Origin: Eledone cirrhosa
Lineage: Eukaryota
Length of the DNA: 64,000 bases
Assembly (NCBI GenBank): GCA_964016885.1
Contig: OZ024757.1
Coordinates: 9,796,001 to 9,860,000 of the forward strand
Reading direction: 5' to 3'
How positions within the stretch are numbered: position 1 is the first letter of the stretch; each line of letters starts with the position of its first letter. Positions 12,620 to 25,095 of this stretch are shown here, piece by piece. Below the pieces are notes generated by a model, which worked only from the letters and a program-made list of their open reading frames with translations, was not told where the DNA came from and did not search any database. The translations under genes were made by a program, and so were the position numbers.

Positions 12620-15600
12620 ACATCAGTTTTATATCTGCTTATGCACCCCAATCTGGTCTACCTGATGTTATAAAGGACAGGTTCTATGAGATGCTAATGC
12701 ACACTACCTCCCAAATAACCGACAGTGACTACTTAATTATTGCTGGCGATCTAAACGGTCATGTTGGACAACATAGTGATGGCTATGATGGAATCCATGG
12801 AGGCTATGGGGTTGGAAATAGAAATGAGGAGGGCTTCAGAATCCTGGAATTCTGTGACACAAATAGCCTCACTATCTGTAACACAAACTTCAAAAAACGT
12901 GAAAACCACTTGATCACCTATAGATCAGAGGAACACGCCAGCCAGATGGATTATATCCTTATTAGAAGACGGGTCAAAATGTCTGTTGTAAACACTAAAT
13001 CCCTCCCCGTGAAGAATTTACCTCCCAACATAGCCTAGTAGTTAGTGACCTCATAGTCAGGAATAGACGTACTCGACGACAGAGGAGGCCTAACTTGAGG
13101 AGAAGAATATGGAAGTTGAAGGACCCCATAGCCAGTGACAAATTTAAAAGCCTATTACTTGATGCCTTTGACAATAAGGAAGAGTAATTAGAGACGTGCA
13201 ATATAGAGGAACAGTGGCAGTTCTTGAAAGTGAACCTGCTGAAAGCAACTGATGAAATCTGTGGCTGGAGCAGACCTATTGGCAGGAGGAGAGTAACTCG
13301 GTGGTGGAACAGTAAGGTGGAAGAGACAATCAAGGCCAAAAAGCAGGCTTGGAAAGTATGGCAGGATGGGGGAAGTAGAGAGCACTATCAAGTGGCCAGG
13401 AGACAAGCTAGGCGACAAGTGTACCTTGCAAAAAGGGTAGCAGAGGATAGAAAGTTCAAGCATGTTCTACAACGTGAGGACCAAGAACGTGAGGTGTTCA
13501 GGATTGCTAGACAATGTGTCAATGAAAACTGAGATATTGTCGGAGATAAGTGTGTCTGTAATGATAATGGTGTACTTGCGCTCACTGATACTGATAAGAA
13601 GATAGCCAGGAAGTGTCACCTACGAGAGACTATTAAATGAGGAGAATAAATGGGAAAAAGAAAGTCTGCCCCAAATCGATCCAATAGAAGGACCAGCGGT
13701 GCAAGTTAAAGGTAGTATAATAAGTAAGGCAATCAAAGATATGAAGACAGGCAAGGCAGCTGGGTTTTCGGATATAGTTGCTGAGATGTTGAAGGCATCT
13801 GGTATGGTGCGACACACTATGATCACCCGTATAGTTAACTAAGTAATACAGAATGGGGTCATACCAAAAGACTGGCGTAGCAGCATCATTATAAACTGCT
13901 ACAAGATAGGGGAAACTATAGAGGCATTAAGTTAGTTGACCAAGTCATGAAGGTCACAGAAAGAGTTATAGCGTAACTAATCAGAGAGCGAATTGATCTA
14001 GATGAAATGCAGTTTGGGTTTGTGTCAGGTAAAGTACCACAGACGCTCTTTTCTTTGTATGACAACTACAAGAGAAGTACCTAGCTAAAAGTAAACCCCT
14101 CTACTTAGCTTTTGTAGATCTGGAGAAAGCTTTTGACAGAGTCCCCCGCTCAATTATCTGGTGGGCTCTCAGAAAACTAGGTGTAGATGAATGGCTTGTG
14201 AGACCTATACAAGCTATGTATAATGAAACAGTCAGTAAGGTTAGAATTAACAATGAATATTGTTAAGAATTTAGTGTAAAAGTTGGCATTCATCAAGGCC
14301 CTGTCCTTAGCCCCCTCTTATTTATTATTGCCCTTCAGGCTATAACAGAGGAGTTTAAGTCCGGCTGCCCATGGGAACTCCTATACGCTGATGATCTAAC
14401 ACTCATAGCTAAATTAATGGCTGAACTAGAGAAGAAATTCCAAACATGGAAGCATGGCCTAGAATCAAAAGGCCTTAAAGTTAACTTGTCTAAGACGAAA
14501 GTTCTAGTTTGTAGAAAGGAAAATAGGGCACAGGTGCCCTCAGGGAAATGGCCATGCTCAGTGTGTAGGAAAGGAGTAGGTAGAAATTCCATTTTATGTC
14601 CCAAATGCAAAGTATGGGTACATAAAAGATGTAGTGGGCATCACAGGTAAACTATCTAAGAACGTAGACTTTATATGTGGCTGATGCTCAGGTGCAATAA
14701 GTAGCAAGTGTCCAAAGGATACTAGCTCCTTCTATTGCCCAGATGGTTCTGTAGAAATACTAGACACTTTCCGTTACCTGGGTGACGAAATCAGCAGTGG
14801 TGGAGGGTGTTCTGAAAGTACAGTAGCCAGTCAGAACGAGATGGAAAAAGTTCAGAGAGCTTATACCGCTGTTGGCCACAAAAGGTTGCTCTCTAAAAAT
14901 GAAAGGCATATTGTATGTACTTGTATATGAACAGCAATGCTACATGGCAGTGAGACATGGGCATTACGTGCAGAGGACCTGCGTAGACTGGAAAGGAATG
15001 AAGCATGCATGCTCCGTTGGATGTGTAATAGTAATATACGTGAACAGCAAAGCATAAATGAACTAAGTGAGAAATTAGGAATAAGAGGGATCAGCTTCTG
15101 TTTACTCGAGAGAAGACTACGTTGGTATGGTCACGCGATGCGCGTGAAAGACGACAGCTGCATAAAAAACAGTAGGGCGATCAAAATTGATGGTAGTTAC
15201 GGAGTAGGTAGACGCAGAAAAACCTGGGATGAAATACAGAAGACCCGCCTTGCCTATGTACAAAGTGAAACCTACAGTCAGTAGGCACCTCTTGACCAAA
15301 TATACACCCCAGTCCACTACCTATCCTCCCGCTCCCACCAACAGCACGAGAAAATGAGCTCGATATCGTGTAGGTGTCACGACAAAAAAACACACAGTCC
15401 ACACTGTAATGTGGCCGTGTAGGTAACACGGTAAAAAGTTCCCAGTTCCACGCAGTAAATGTGGTTGGTGTTAGGAAGGGCATCCAGCCGTAGAAAACCT
15501 TCCAGATAGTCCTATATGAGGAGACGGTTACCCGACCAGCCTTGCCTCAAATGGGACAACTCCCGTCTAACCCATGCTAGCGTGGAAAATGGACGTTAAA

Positions 15601-15623
15601 CGATGATGATGATGATGATGATG
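12620..15623 (+). mobile_element. RTE-clade LINE, degenerate (APE endonuclease + RT)
   Basis: AYAPQ...AGDLNGHVG...MDYIL APE motifs, DLEKAFDRV, LLYADDL RT motif, and (GAT)n tail. Multiple stops and frameshifts. Confidence 0.92.
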
Positions 15624-16113
15624 AATGGAATGTTTGATTTTTGCTTTTAGATAAATGTCATTCTATATATAAATTTCAGCGACTTCTGTCTCACACACAT
15701 ACACACACTGTGTGTGTGTAAAAGGAAAAAAGGATGGTGAAAAACTATAGCAAAACGGTCACTGGTGTTCCATTTGATATGCTGTGTGTGAGTGTTTGTG
15801 TATGTTTGTGTGAATGTGTGTATTTGTGGGAATGTATGCCTGTGAGTGTATTTTTGTGTTTATATTTATATACTCATACATATAAATGTATGCATATGCA
15901 CGTACACACACACACACATATACACATACACGTCAGCATGTTGAAAAAAATCCTAGTACTTTAAAATAACACAGCTTTTTATTATCGAACCAGGGGTGGT
16001 TTCAGGCAGTTTGGTATCAAAGAGGTCCAGAGATATCTTCCTTCAATTCTCCCACTAACCTTAACGTGTTGAATTTATTCATTTATTATTAATTAATTTA
16101 ATTTTCTTAACAG

Positions 16114-16318
16114 ATTAATGAACTAATTAGCCCCGAACAGCATTAAAAAAATAAATGATAAGAAATCTGCCTTTTATATGATGGAGAATATCGCAAACTT
16201 TCTAAAAGCCACTGAAGACTATGGTGTGATGAAGAATGACCTCTTCCAGACTGTTGACCTTTATGACAAAGTAAATATGTTACAGGTTGTTAATACCCTA
16301 CATGCTTTAGGGAGAAAT
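16114..16318 (+). pseudogene. Calponin/transgelin (myophilin/Mp20-like) exon with premature TAA at 16124-16126
   Basis: Acceptor ttaacag, donor gtaaat. Translates (R)LMN*LAPNSIKKINDKKSAFYMMENIANFLKATEDYGVMKNDLFQTVDLYDKVNMLQVVNTLHALGRN, the CH-domain C-terminal half (MENI, DLFQTVDLY). Confidence 0.88.
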
Positions 16319-17554
16319 GTAAATATGTTTAATTAATATTTTATTATTTTCCGTTATTTCTAACCCTTCCCCTTCATCGTCCCATTTTTTTTTTAAATTT
16401 GGTTTTTTAACTTTTTTTGTTAATCATATTTTCAATGAAGTACTGTGCCTTTGATTTCAAATAATTTTGAAAAAAAAAAACAAAACAAGAATTTGGAGAG
16501 ATCTAAACCTTTAGTTTCCATGTTTCTAATGAGACTGCTAACACAGGAGGCTCTATGTGGTCACTCTACATGCTAAAAATTAAAGACAAATTTCCCTCAA
16601 ATCAGGTGATAGACTTAATCTGTTACCTGGTTTAACCCTTCAGTTAGTATATTTCTAATGAAAGACATTGCCCATGGTTTTCAAGTTATTTTGAAAATAA
16701 TCAAGAATTTGACTACAGGACCACAAGGGATTATAAAAAGCTGCAGTTGGTGGAGGACGATTGTGACTGTCTCTTACTGTAGTTGAACAATAATGATGAT
16801 CGCTCTCACTCCGATCGATCAAGATCCCAGACCTCATTCGCTTGCCAAGTGCGGTGGACCTCATCAAATGGGACCAAGGAAACAATGTTTCCATTGGTTT
16901 TTCCATTTTTCCATTGTTGATACTGGTTGCAACTCCTGGCAGAAGGAGCAACGTGAAATAATGTCTTGTTCAAGGACACAACACATCACCCGGTCTGAGA
17001 ATTGAACTCACAACCTCATGATTGCAAATCCAACCACTAAGCCATGTGCCTTCACATCATGATGATACAGAGTTAATTTTAATTCAATGTTTTCAATAAA
17101 TAATGTTTATTTTAGATAAATTTTGTGACACATTACTGATTACTATTTATGAATTCACCTTTTTTTATATCAAACTGCTCAAAACATGTTCTGGTTCTGT
17201 TAAACTATTTTAGAAAATTTATATTTATCTATAAACCAAATGCTAGCGTGGAAGATGGATGTTAAACGACGATGATGATCATGAAACCTTTCATCATAAT
17301 TCTATGAGAGAACTTTTTAACTTATGTTATGAACATCAATTTAATAATGAGGAAGTTAGTTATTTTCAAGTCGCTCCAAATTCTTGATTATTTCTAAAAA
17401 TTATTTGAAAATCAATCGTAGTCAGTGAACTTCATGAGAAATATTGTAAGAAAAGGGTTAAGCTTAAAAAAATCTCAATATGATGTACTTAAAAAAATGT
17501 CATGTATCTTCTTTATATCTTACATTTGAAATGCTAATATTTTTCTACTACTAG

Positions 17555-17737
17555 GCACGTATGAAGGGGTAACCTGGGCCATGCTTAGGACCTAAAGAAG
17601 CAGAAAAAAATGAACAATTTTTCACTGAAGAACAGTTACTGGCTGGCAGCAACATCATTAGCCTCCAAATGGGCTCTAACAAAGGTGCATCTCAAGCAGG
17701 GATGAATTTTGGCAAATCTCGAAGCATTGTTGATTGA
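17555..17737 (+). pseudogene. Calponin/transgelin (myophilin/Mp20-like) terminal exon with premature TAA at 17570-17572
   Basis: Acceptor ctactag. Translates ARMKG*PGPCLGPKEAEKNEQFFTEEQLLAGSNIISLQMGSNKGASQAGMNFGKSRSIVD-stop. Contains a single calponin repeat (ISLQMGSNKGASQAGM). Confidence 0.9.
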
Positions 17738-17788
17738 TGCATTTACAACTTGCCTTTTTCAAATGTGACTCAAATGTTTTTGTTTTTC

Positions 17789-17845
<57 letters not shown>

Positions 17846-17973
17846 AAAGTTTTATTTAAAATTGTTGGGTTACAACAAGTAAATATTTTATAACTGATAT
17901 AAAGCACTCGACAAGTTTTGGGAATAGATATACGATATTAAACAAATGGAAACTATATTTATAAAACCATATT

Positions 17974-18039
17974 TATTTCATTATACATATTTCAGGGATA
18001 CCATATTAAAAATATGGCATGCCTTCGTCAGATAAAATA
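17974..18039 (-). ncRNA. Type I hammerhead ribozyme (PLE pLTR), mirror copy
   Basis: Reverse complement of 23792-23857. Confidence 0.78.
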
Positions 18040-18558
18040 CAATATATAAACAGTTTTATAAATAATTTTGACGTACCATATTATAAGCGACCATTATATT
18101 AGGAAGCTGTCTGGATAATGAATTGTTTATAATTATTTAGTTATAGTGTTAAGTACAGTTAGAAGAAAGACGGAGAGAAAGAAACGGAGAGAAAGAAAAG
18201 GAGAGAGAGTAAAAATATATAAATAGATAGGAGAAAGAAATAAGAGAGGCAAACGAAAGCAACAGATAAATAATAATTCCCCATACATATAGAGAAACTC
18301 AAGAGAGAGGGAGTCCTATATAGAGAGAGAAGGATAATAATTATTTAAAAGATAAAAATTATTTAAAAGATTTAGAAGACCCAGTGATTCTACGGATGCC
18401 CTTATATTTAGTATAGAAATTTATCTTGCGTAAAATTTAGAGTAGTTTATTACATCTTTGTTTATATTTAGGAAGAAGGTTTAAAAAGAAAAAGGTGAAG
18501 GAATCAAATGATTTATCGTCAGGTTTCATATATTAACTAAATTTCTTAATTAATTATA

Positions 18559-20724
18559 CTACATTTTAAATTTATATTTATATTTAAACGTTGAGTTCAA
18601 TCTATGTCTGCAGCAACTGAATAAATTACTCCTTAAATTAAGGAAATTTTTGGACTTTAATATAAAGAATACCTCCTCCACACAGAGATCACATGTCTCT
18701 GATGAGGAATTAAAAGGTATCCCTTTTGAGACAATATTCCAAAACATCGAATACTTAACATTATCTCGTTTAAGTTGCCAGAGTAGGCTTGATAGCGAAG
18801 TTGAGGATTTTTTGTTTGGATCTGTGAAAGAATTCTTATGATTATTGAAGCGAAGTTTAAATTCTGTCGAGGTGGAACCAACATAGTTGAAAGAATTTAA
18901 GTTAGTTTTAACATTACAATTGTATACTACATTTTTAACTAAGCAATTGTTATTTAACGGACAGTTAGATTTATTTCTACAGTTACAGTTATTTAATTGA
19001 ATATTGTTTGGGTTATTATTGGTATTTTGGTTAGGTTTTAAATTCCTATTATTAATTCTGTTAATATTTTGTGATAAATTTTTGGTGGACGAGTCAGTTA
19101 ATTTTATAGTATGTCTATTAAAAATTGAGTGATATTTATGTGTTCTAGGGAAGCGTTTGTCAAGAGCATTAAAGAATAGTTTAGCAATATGGGTTTTAAT
19201 ATTTAGTGAAAAAAAGGGGGGGGGGGCAAACCATATTATATTTCTAGTTCTATTTCTTTTTCGGCTTTTGGAATTATTGTAATGTTTTCTATTATAGTTG
19301 TTAATGTTGTTACCGTAATTAAAATTGTTATTATTTTGGTTAGTTTGCTTATTATTATCGATGTACTTAATTTTATCACTATATCCTGCTCTAGCTAACG
19401 CTTCATTGTAATACTGCGCTTTTTCATCAAAAATATTTTTATTAGATGAAATTCTTGAAATTCGTTCTTGAACAGAGTTCACTATAGTATTTTTAACAGA
19501 TCTGGGGTGATTAGAGTTAAAATTGAGATAATTCAAGTTCTCATTTAGTTTGTGAAATGGATAGTGAAGACATGTGTTGAGATTTAGTGTTACATCCAGG
19601 AAATTGACTATTCTATGGTTATTCTCTATTTCTATTTTTAGATTAAGGTAATTAAAAAAATTGTATAATTTGTTTTCTTTTTCTATTTAGTTCACAGTTA
19701 TTATTTTCAATAAGTAAAAGCATGTCATCACGATATAATCCTCCGGTTACACCTGGTATTTTTTTATGCAGCGAATTAATTATAAATAGGTCCACAAGAT
19801 CCGTTACCTGAGCTGAGTCATATGATCCCATAGTTATGCTGAAATTATTATTTCTATCTGGCCTAGTCCATAGTTGGTTATTAAATTCTATCAATGTTTT
19901 CCTTGCCGATAATATAATGTGCATTTCATTGCTAGTTAGGTCTGTATGTTTAAATGCGTAATTTAGTGCCTTATTCAGTAGATTAGGAGTGATAGATGAA
20001 TAGTTGTTAGCAATATCAAGTTGAATAAACTTATTATTATAGTTATATTTAATTTCTTTAAACCACTCAATAACCTCACCAGTCCCCTTCCATAACTTTA
20101 AGTAAGGTAAATTATGTAAGTTTTTAATTTACCCTGTCTAGAATGTTTTTGCTAAGTTTTCCCATATCAGATTTTGATGGTGCAATCAATCTGACTGGCA
20201 AATCATTTTCAAAATTTCTTTTTTGATCTTTCATATTGATTTTGGGTTTCCTAGGCATGAAGGGTTGTGTTTTATTCTCAATGTCTAATTCATGCATTAT
20301 ACAAGATGCCTCTGTATTCATTTTTTCCAGTTCGTCCTTACTTGCTACCTTGTACTTTTTCCTTAGTTCTTTCAATATAAGGCCGTTATACATGTCCTTT
20401 TGTACTCCATAAAGGTTATTGGTTTTGTCCGATTTCACTAAGATCTTCTCTGTTTTTTCCAAGCCTTCAATATTATCCTTAATGCATCTTAGATAGTCCT
20501 GGCCTTTGAAGTTTCTCTTGAATTTGATTCCTTGGATGATAGAAATTATATCGTTTTCAAAATCCATTAATAGTTTGTTGGGGGTGGATTTTTTTTAGAT
20601 TTGAAAATTTTATCCAAATCTGAAACATTTTCATTTAGATTAGATTTATCAAAGTGGAAGGCACGCCACCTGATTCTTCTTATAAAAGAGTCTGATTTTT
20701 CTATTAATTGTTTAATAAAGTCAT
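18559..20724 (-). pseudogene. PLE RT/GIY-YIG ORF, frameshifted
   Basis: Pieces 20124-20567 (KSDKTNNLY, PVRLI), 19652-19924 (ITMGS, LYRDDM) and 18559-19536 (GIY-YIG). The N-terminal KQLIEKSDSFIRRIRWRAFHF lies at ~20650-20720. Confidence 0.88.
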
Positions 20725-20736
20725 GTAACGGACCTT

Positions 20737-21969
20737 GTGGGCCTATTTATAATTAATTCGCTGCATAGAAAAATACCAGGTGTAACCGGAGGATTATATC
20801 GTGATGACATGCTTTTACTTATTGAAAATAATAACTGTGAACTAAATAGAAAAAGAAAACAAATTATACAATTTTTTAATTACCTTAATCTAAAAATAGA
20901 AATAGAGAATAACCATAGAATAGTCAATTTCCTGGATGTAACACTAAATCTCAACACATGTCTTCACTATCCATTTCACAAACTAAATGAGAAATTGAAT
21001 TATGTCAATTTTAATTCTAATCACCCCAGATCTGTTAAAAATACTATAGTGAACTCTGTTCAAGAACGAATTTCAAGAATTTCATCTAATAAAAATATTT
21101 TTGATGAAAAAGTGCAGTATTACAATGAAGCGTTAGCTAGAGCAGGATATAGGGATAAAATTAAGTACATCGATAATAATAAGCAAACTAACCAAAATAA
21201 TAACAATTTTAATTACGGTAACAACATTAACAACTATAATAGAAAACATTACAATAATTCCAAAAGCCGAAAAAGAAATAGAACTAGAAATATAATATGG
21301 TTTGCCCCCCCCCCCTTTTCACTAAATATTAAAACCCATATTGCTAAACTATTCTTTAATGCTCTTGACAAACGCTTCCCTAGAACACATAAATATCACT
21401 CAATTTTTAATAGACATACTATAAAATTAACTGACTCGTCCACCAAAAATTTATCACAAAATATTAACAGAATTAATAATAGGAATTTAAAACCTAACCA
21501 AAATACCAATAATAACCCAAACAATATTCAATTAAATAACTGTAACTGTAGAAATAAATCTAACTGTCCGTTAAATAACAATTGCTTAGTTAAAAATGTA
21601 GTATACAATTGTAATGTTAAAACTAACTTAAATTCTTTCAACTATGTTGGTTCCACCTCGACAGAATTTAAACTTCGCTTCAATAATCATAAGAATTCTT
21701 TCACAGATCCAAACAAAAAATCCTCAACTTCGCTATCAAGCCTACTCTGGCAACTTAAACGAGATAATGTTAAGTATTCGATGTTTTGGAATATTGTCTC
21801 AAAAGGGATTCCTTTTAATTCCTCATCAGAGACATGTGATCTCTGTGTGGAGGAGGTATTCTTTATATTAAAGTCCAAAAATTTCCTTAATTTAAGGAGC
21901 AATTTATTCAGTTGCTGCAGACATAGATTGAACTCAACGTTTAAATATAAATATAAATTTAAAATGTAG
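20737..21969 (+). CDS. PLE RT C-terminus/thumb plus GIY-YIG endonuclease (5'-truncated copy, open frame)
   Basis: YRDD, FLDV, SNHP, CNCRNKSNC (CxCx5C linker), VYNC...YVGST, KLRFNNH, CDLC and CRH motifs. As recalled, these match Hydra-clade PLEs. The start is an internal GTG created by the inversion junction. Confidence 0.85.
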   Translation: MGLFIINSLHRKIPGVTGGLYRDDMLLLIENNNCELNRKRKQIIQFFNYLNLKIEIENNHRIVNFLDVTLNLNTCLHYPFHKLNEKLNYVNFNSNHPRSVKNTIVNSVQERISRISSNKNIFDEKVQYYNEALARAGYRDKIKYIDNNKQTNQNNNNFNYGNNINNYNRKHYNNSKSRKRNRTRNIIWFAPPPFSLNIKTHIAKLFFNALDKRFPRTHKYHSIFNRHTIKLTDSSTKNLSQNINRINNRNLKPNQNTNNNPNNIQLNNCNCRNKSNCPLNNNCLVKNVVYNCNVKTNLNSFNYVGSTSTEFKLRFNNHKNSFTDPNKKSSTSLSSLLWQLKRDNVKYSMFWNIVSKGIPFNSSSETCDLCVEEVFFILKSKNFLNLRSNLFSCCRHRLNSTFKYKYKFKM

Positions 21970-23544
21970 TATAATTAATTAAGAAATTTAGTTAATATAT
22001 GAAACCTGACGATAAATCATTTGATTCCTTCACCTTTTTCTTTTTAAACCTTCTTCCTAAATATAAACAAAGATGTAATAAACTACTCTAAAATGTATAT
22101 GCTCCCAATGTATTAAATACATTTTACGCAAGATAAATTTCTATACTAAATATAAGGGCATCCGTAGAATCACTGGGTCTTCTAAATCTTTTTAATAATT
22201 TTTGTTAAATAATTTTTGTTTTTTATTTGTTTTTTACTCTAATAGCTTCTAACTAACTTTGCAATATATTGTTTGAAATATAGGAAGGATAGATTTCTGT
22301 AGTAAATATATGAAGCATATTGTTTTTGGCCTGAGATACTCTATAGTGTGTTGAAAGTATTTTAATGTTTTGATGTTTCTGTGCTGATATATTGATATTT
22401 GATTATCTCTATACAAAGGCCATATGGGTATTAACATGCATATAGAAAGTTTATAGAGTTTATTTTATGTGTTCATGTGTCTGTATATGTGCGTAAAGAT
22501 GCTGGAAAACTCACGCAGATATTTTATATATACATATATATATATATTTAGGTATGGTTCTGTATATGTTACAGATATGCATAATATTAAATACATGAAC
22601 GGTAATCATATATGTGAGGACATGAATATTAATCGTATATTTTATGTATATATACAGTGAAATTTTTATAACACAAGACATTTTTTTATGACACAAGAAA
22701 TTATAGAGTTGATCAAGTGAAGTCATATGTATGTCTATATTATTGACTAGAGTTAGACATAATTTTCTCTTTTTTCTTTTTTCAGGAAGTACATATACGT
22801 GTATATATATATACATATATATTTCCGTATTTTTATAAATAGGGTAATTTTTTGAAGGTTTTATCTTAGTTTTTGGTATATTAACCTCAGAGTTTTAAAC
22901 TAAACATATGGTCATTATTGAACAATGTTATTTTCTCATATTATATATATCTATGTCTCATTCATGAATATTGATATTTGCATTTTTATTATCCATTTCA
23001 TATGAATTGATAATTCAAATTGATATGACATGACGTAAAGATGTAACTGTATCCTTCTCTCTCTATATAGCACTTTCTCCTCTCTCTTGAGTTTATCTTT
23101 ATGTATGATGAATTATTATGTATCTGTCGCTTTCGTTTGCCTCTCTTATTTCTCTCTTGTTTCTTTTTCACTTCCTCTTATCTATTTATATTCTCTCTCT
23201 CTCTGTTTTTTCTCCTCCCCCCTCTCTCTCTCCGTTTTTTCTTTTTTCTTTCTCTCCGTCTTTTTTCTATCTGTGCTTAACACTATAACTAAATAATTAT
23301 TATCCTTCTCTCTATATATAGGACTCCCTCTCTCTTGAGTTTCTCGATATGTATGGGGAATTATTATTTATCTGTTGCTTTCGTTTGCCTCTCTTATTTC
23401 TTTCTCCTATCTATTTATATATTTTTTCTCTCTCTCCTTTTCTTTCTCTCCGTTTCTTTCTCTCCGTCTTTCTTCTAACTGTGCTTAACACTATAACTAA
23501 ATAATTATAAACAATTCATTATCCAGACAGCTTCCTAATATAAT

Positions 23545-23721
23545 TGTTTCTACTTTAGGCACAAGGCCAGCAATTACCCAGTGCATTACTGGTACTTTAT
23601 TTTATCGACCCCGTAAGGATGAAAGGCAAAGTCAACCTCGGCGGGATTTGAACTCAGATCGTAAAGGGACGTAACTATGCTGGAAAGCATGGCGTCCGAC
23701 CCTCTACCGATACTGCCAATC
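23545..23721 (-). mobile_element. tRNA-derived SINE with 17-bp TSD, inserted in one PLE arm
   Basis: TSD CAGCTTCCTAATATAAT at 23528-23544 and 23722-23738. A-box TGGCAGTATCGG, B-box GAGTTCAAATCC and core GCCTTTCATCC..CGGGGTCGATAAAAT. The mirror arm (~18093-18110) has the empty site. Confidence 0.9.
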
Positions 23722-23791
23722 CAGCTTCCTAATATAATGGTCGCATATAATATGGTACATCAAAATTATTTATAAAACTGTTTATATATTG

Positions 23792-23857
23792 TATTTTATC
23801 TGACGAAGGCATGCCATATTTTTAATATGGTATCCCTGAAATATGTATAATGAAATA
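23792..23857 (+). ncRNA. Type I hammerhead ribozyme (PLE pLTR)
   Basis: UAUUUUAU-CUGACGA-[AGGCAUGCCAUAUU uuu AAUAUGGUAUCCCU]-GAAA-UAUGUAU-A^-AUGAAAUA. Predicted cut at 23849/23850. Confidence 0.8.
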
Positions 23858-23897
23858 AATATGGTTTTATAAATATAGTTTCCATTTGTTTAATATC

Positions 23898-23936
<39 letters not shown>

Positions 23937-24239
23937 TGTTAGTTGTAAATCACACAGGCATTAGCAAAGCAATATTACATCCATACACTTAATAATGTTA
24001 AGTTAAACGTTTTTTTAAAAAATTATTTGAATGTCATTAATATTAACTGCATAACACATTCATTTTCCTTACGTAACTGAGAAAAGGGACCAATATTGGG
24101 GATTAAAATGGTACCAAGAGATTGTGCAACATGTATTTCTTCAACATTTCTCATTTGTGATTCCATTAATTTTTTTTCATTTTGTTTTATTTTATAATCT
24201 CAAACATATTATTGTTGCTGTTAATATTATTATTATTAT

Positions 24240-24830
24240 TATCATTTATCTTGCTTTATGTTTATACGAGTTATCACCAAGTCACAACCAGTGACCTCAA
24301 GAGACAACAAGGTCCGCCATGTTCAAGAAAGAACACACATATTCACACATGCATCCTTAGTGTTTAGACTTGTGATGTACTTATATTGACAGGATCTTCC
24401 TTAGTATATGGGCAGTTCCCATTAGTACTATCTTTTGTATTTCTCCTATACGCGGGTTTCATGGGATTTGCGATAAGTAGTCGTTAGACCCCTTAGGTAT
24501 CATTCCCAGAGCGCCTACAACCACTGGTATTGTTTTAGTTCTCAATTTCCACATTTTTCCATTTCTATCTCCAGGTCCTTATACTTGCTCAATTTTTCAA
24601 ATGTTTTTATAGATACATTCTTGTCTATTGGAACAGACATATCAATTAGCAGGCATACCCTCCTTTGAAAGTCCTTCAATATTATATCAGGTCTATTTGC
24701 ATCTATTTTTCGGTCTGTTTGGATGCTAAAGTTCCACAAGATTGAGATGTGATCTTTTTCAAGTATGGGAGGTGGTTGATGCTCCCACCAATTATTTTGA
24801 TGGGGCAGGTCAAAATGTATGTATTGTGCA
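24240..24830 (-). mobile_element. R4/Dong-clade LINE family A, 5'-truncated 3' end between (TAA)n tracts
   Basis: RLE motif NRPDIILKD...LLIDMSVP...KYKDL. Near-identical to 44777-45350. TTA repeats on both sides. Confidence 0.88.
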
Positions 24831-24950
<120 letters not shown>

Positions 24951-25095
24951 ACTGCTACTTACCATATTTCCTGGTATTGAAGATGCTCTGACTTTCAAGA
25001 TTCTACAAGCTCGAAGACGCATCCCAATTTTGACTTAACACCCGCCCCCCACCACCACCACATAAGGTCTCAGCATTTTCATAGATGTTACAAAT

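Larger units (their letters stand above)
17843..23900. mobile_element. Penelope-like element (Hydra-type), head-to-head inverted pair in (TA)n
   Basis: Minus arm 17843-20724 and plus arm 20725-23900 share near-identical ORF ends (18559-19807 vs 20725-21969) and 3' regions. Flanked by (TA)n at 17791-17842 and 23899-23933. Confidence 0.93.

Noticed and set aside
16124-17572. Rescue of the two TAA codons by A-to-I editing or readthrough
   Set aside because: UAA needs double editing and would give Trp rather than the expected residues, at two separate sites. Pseudogenisation or consensus error is simpler.
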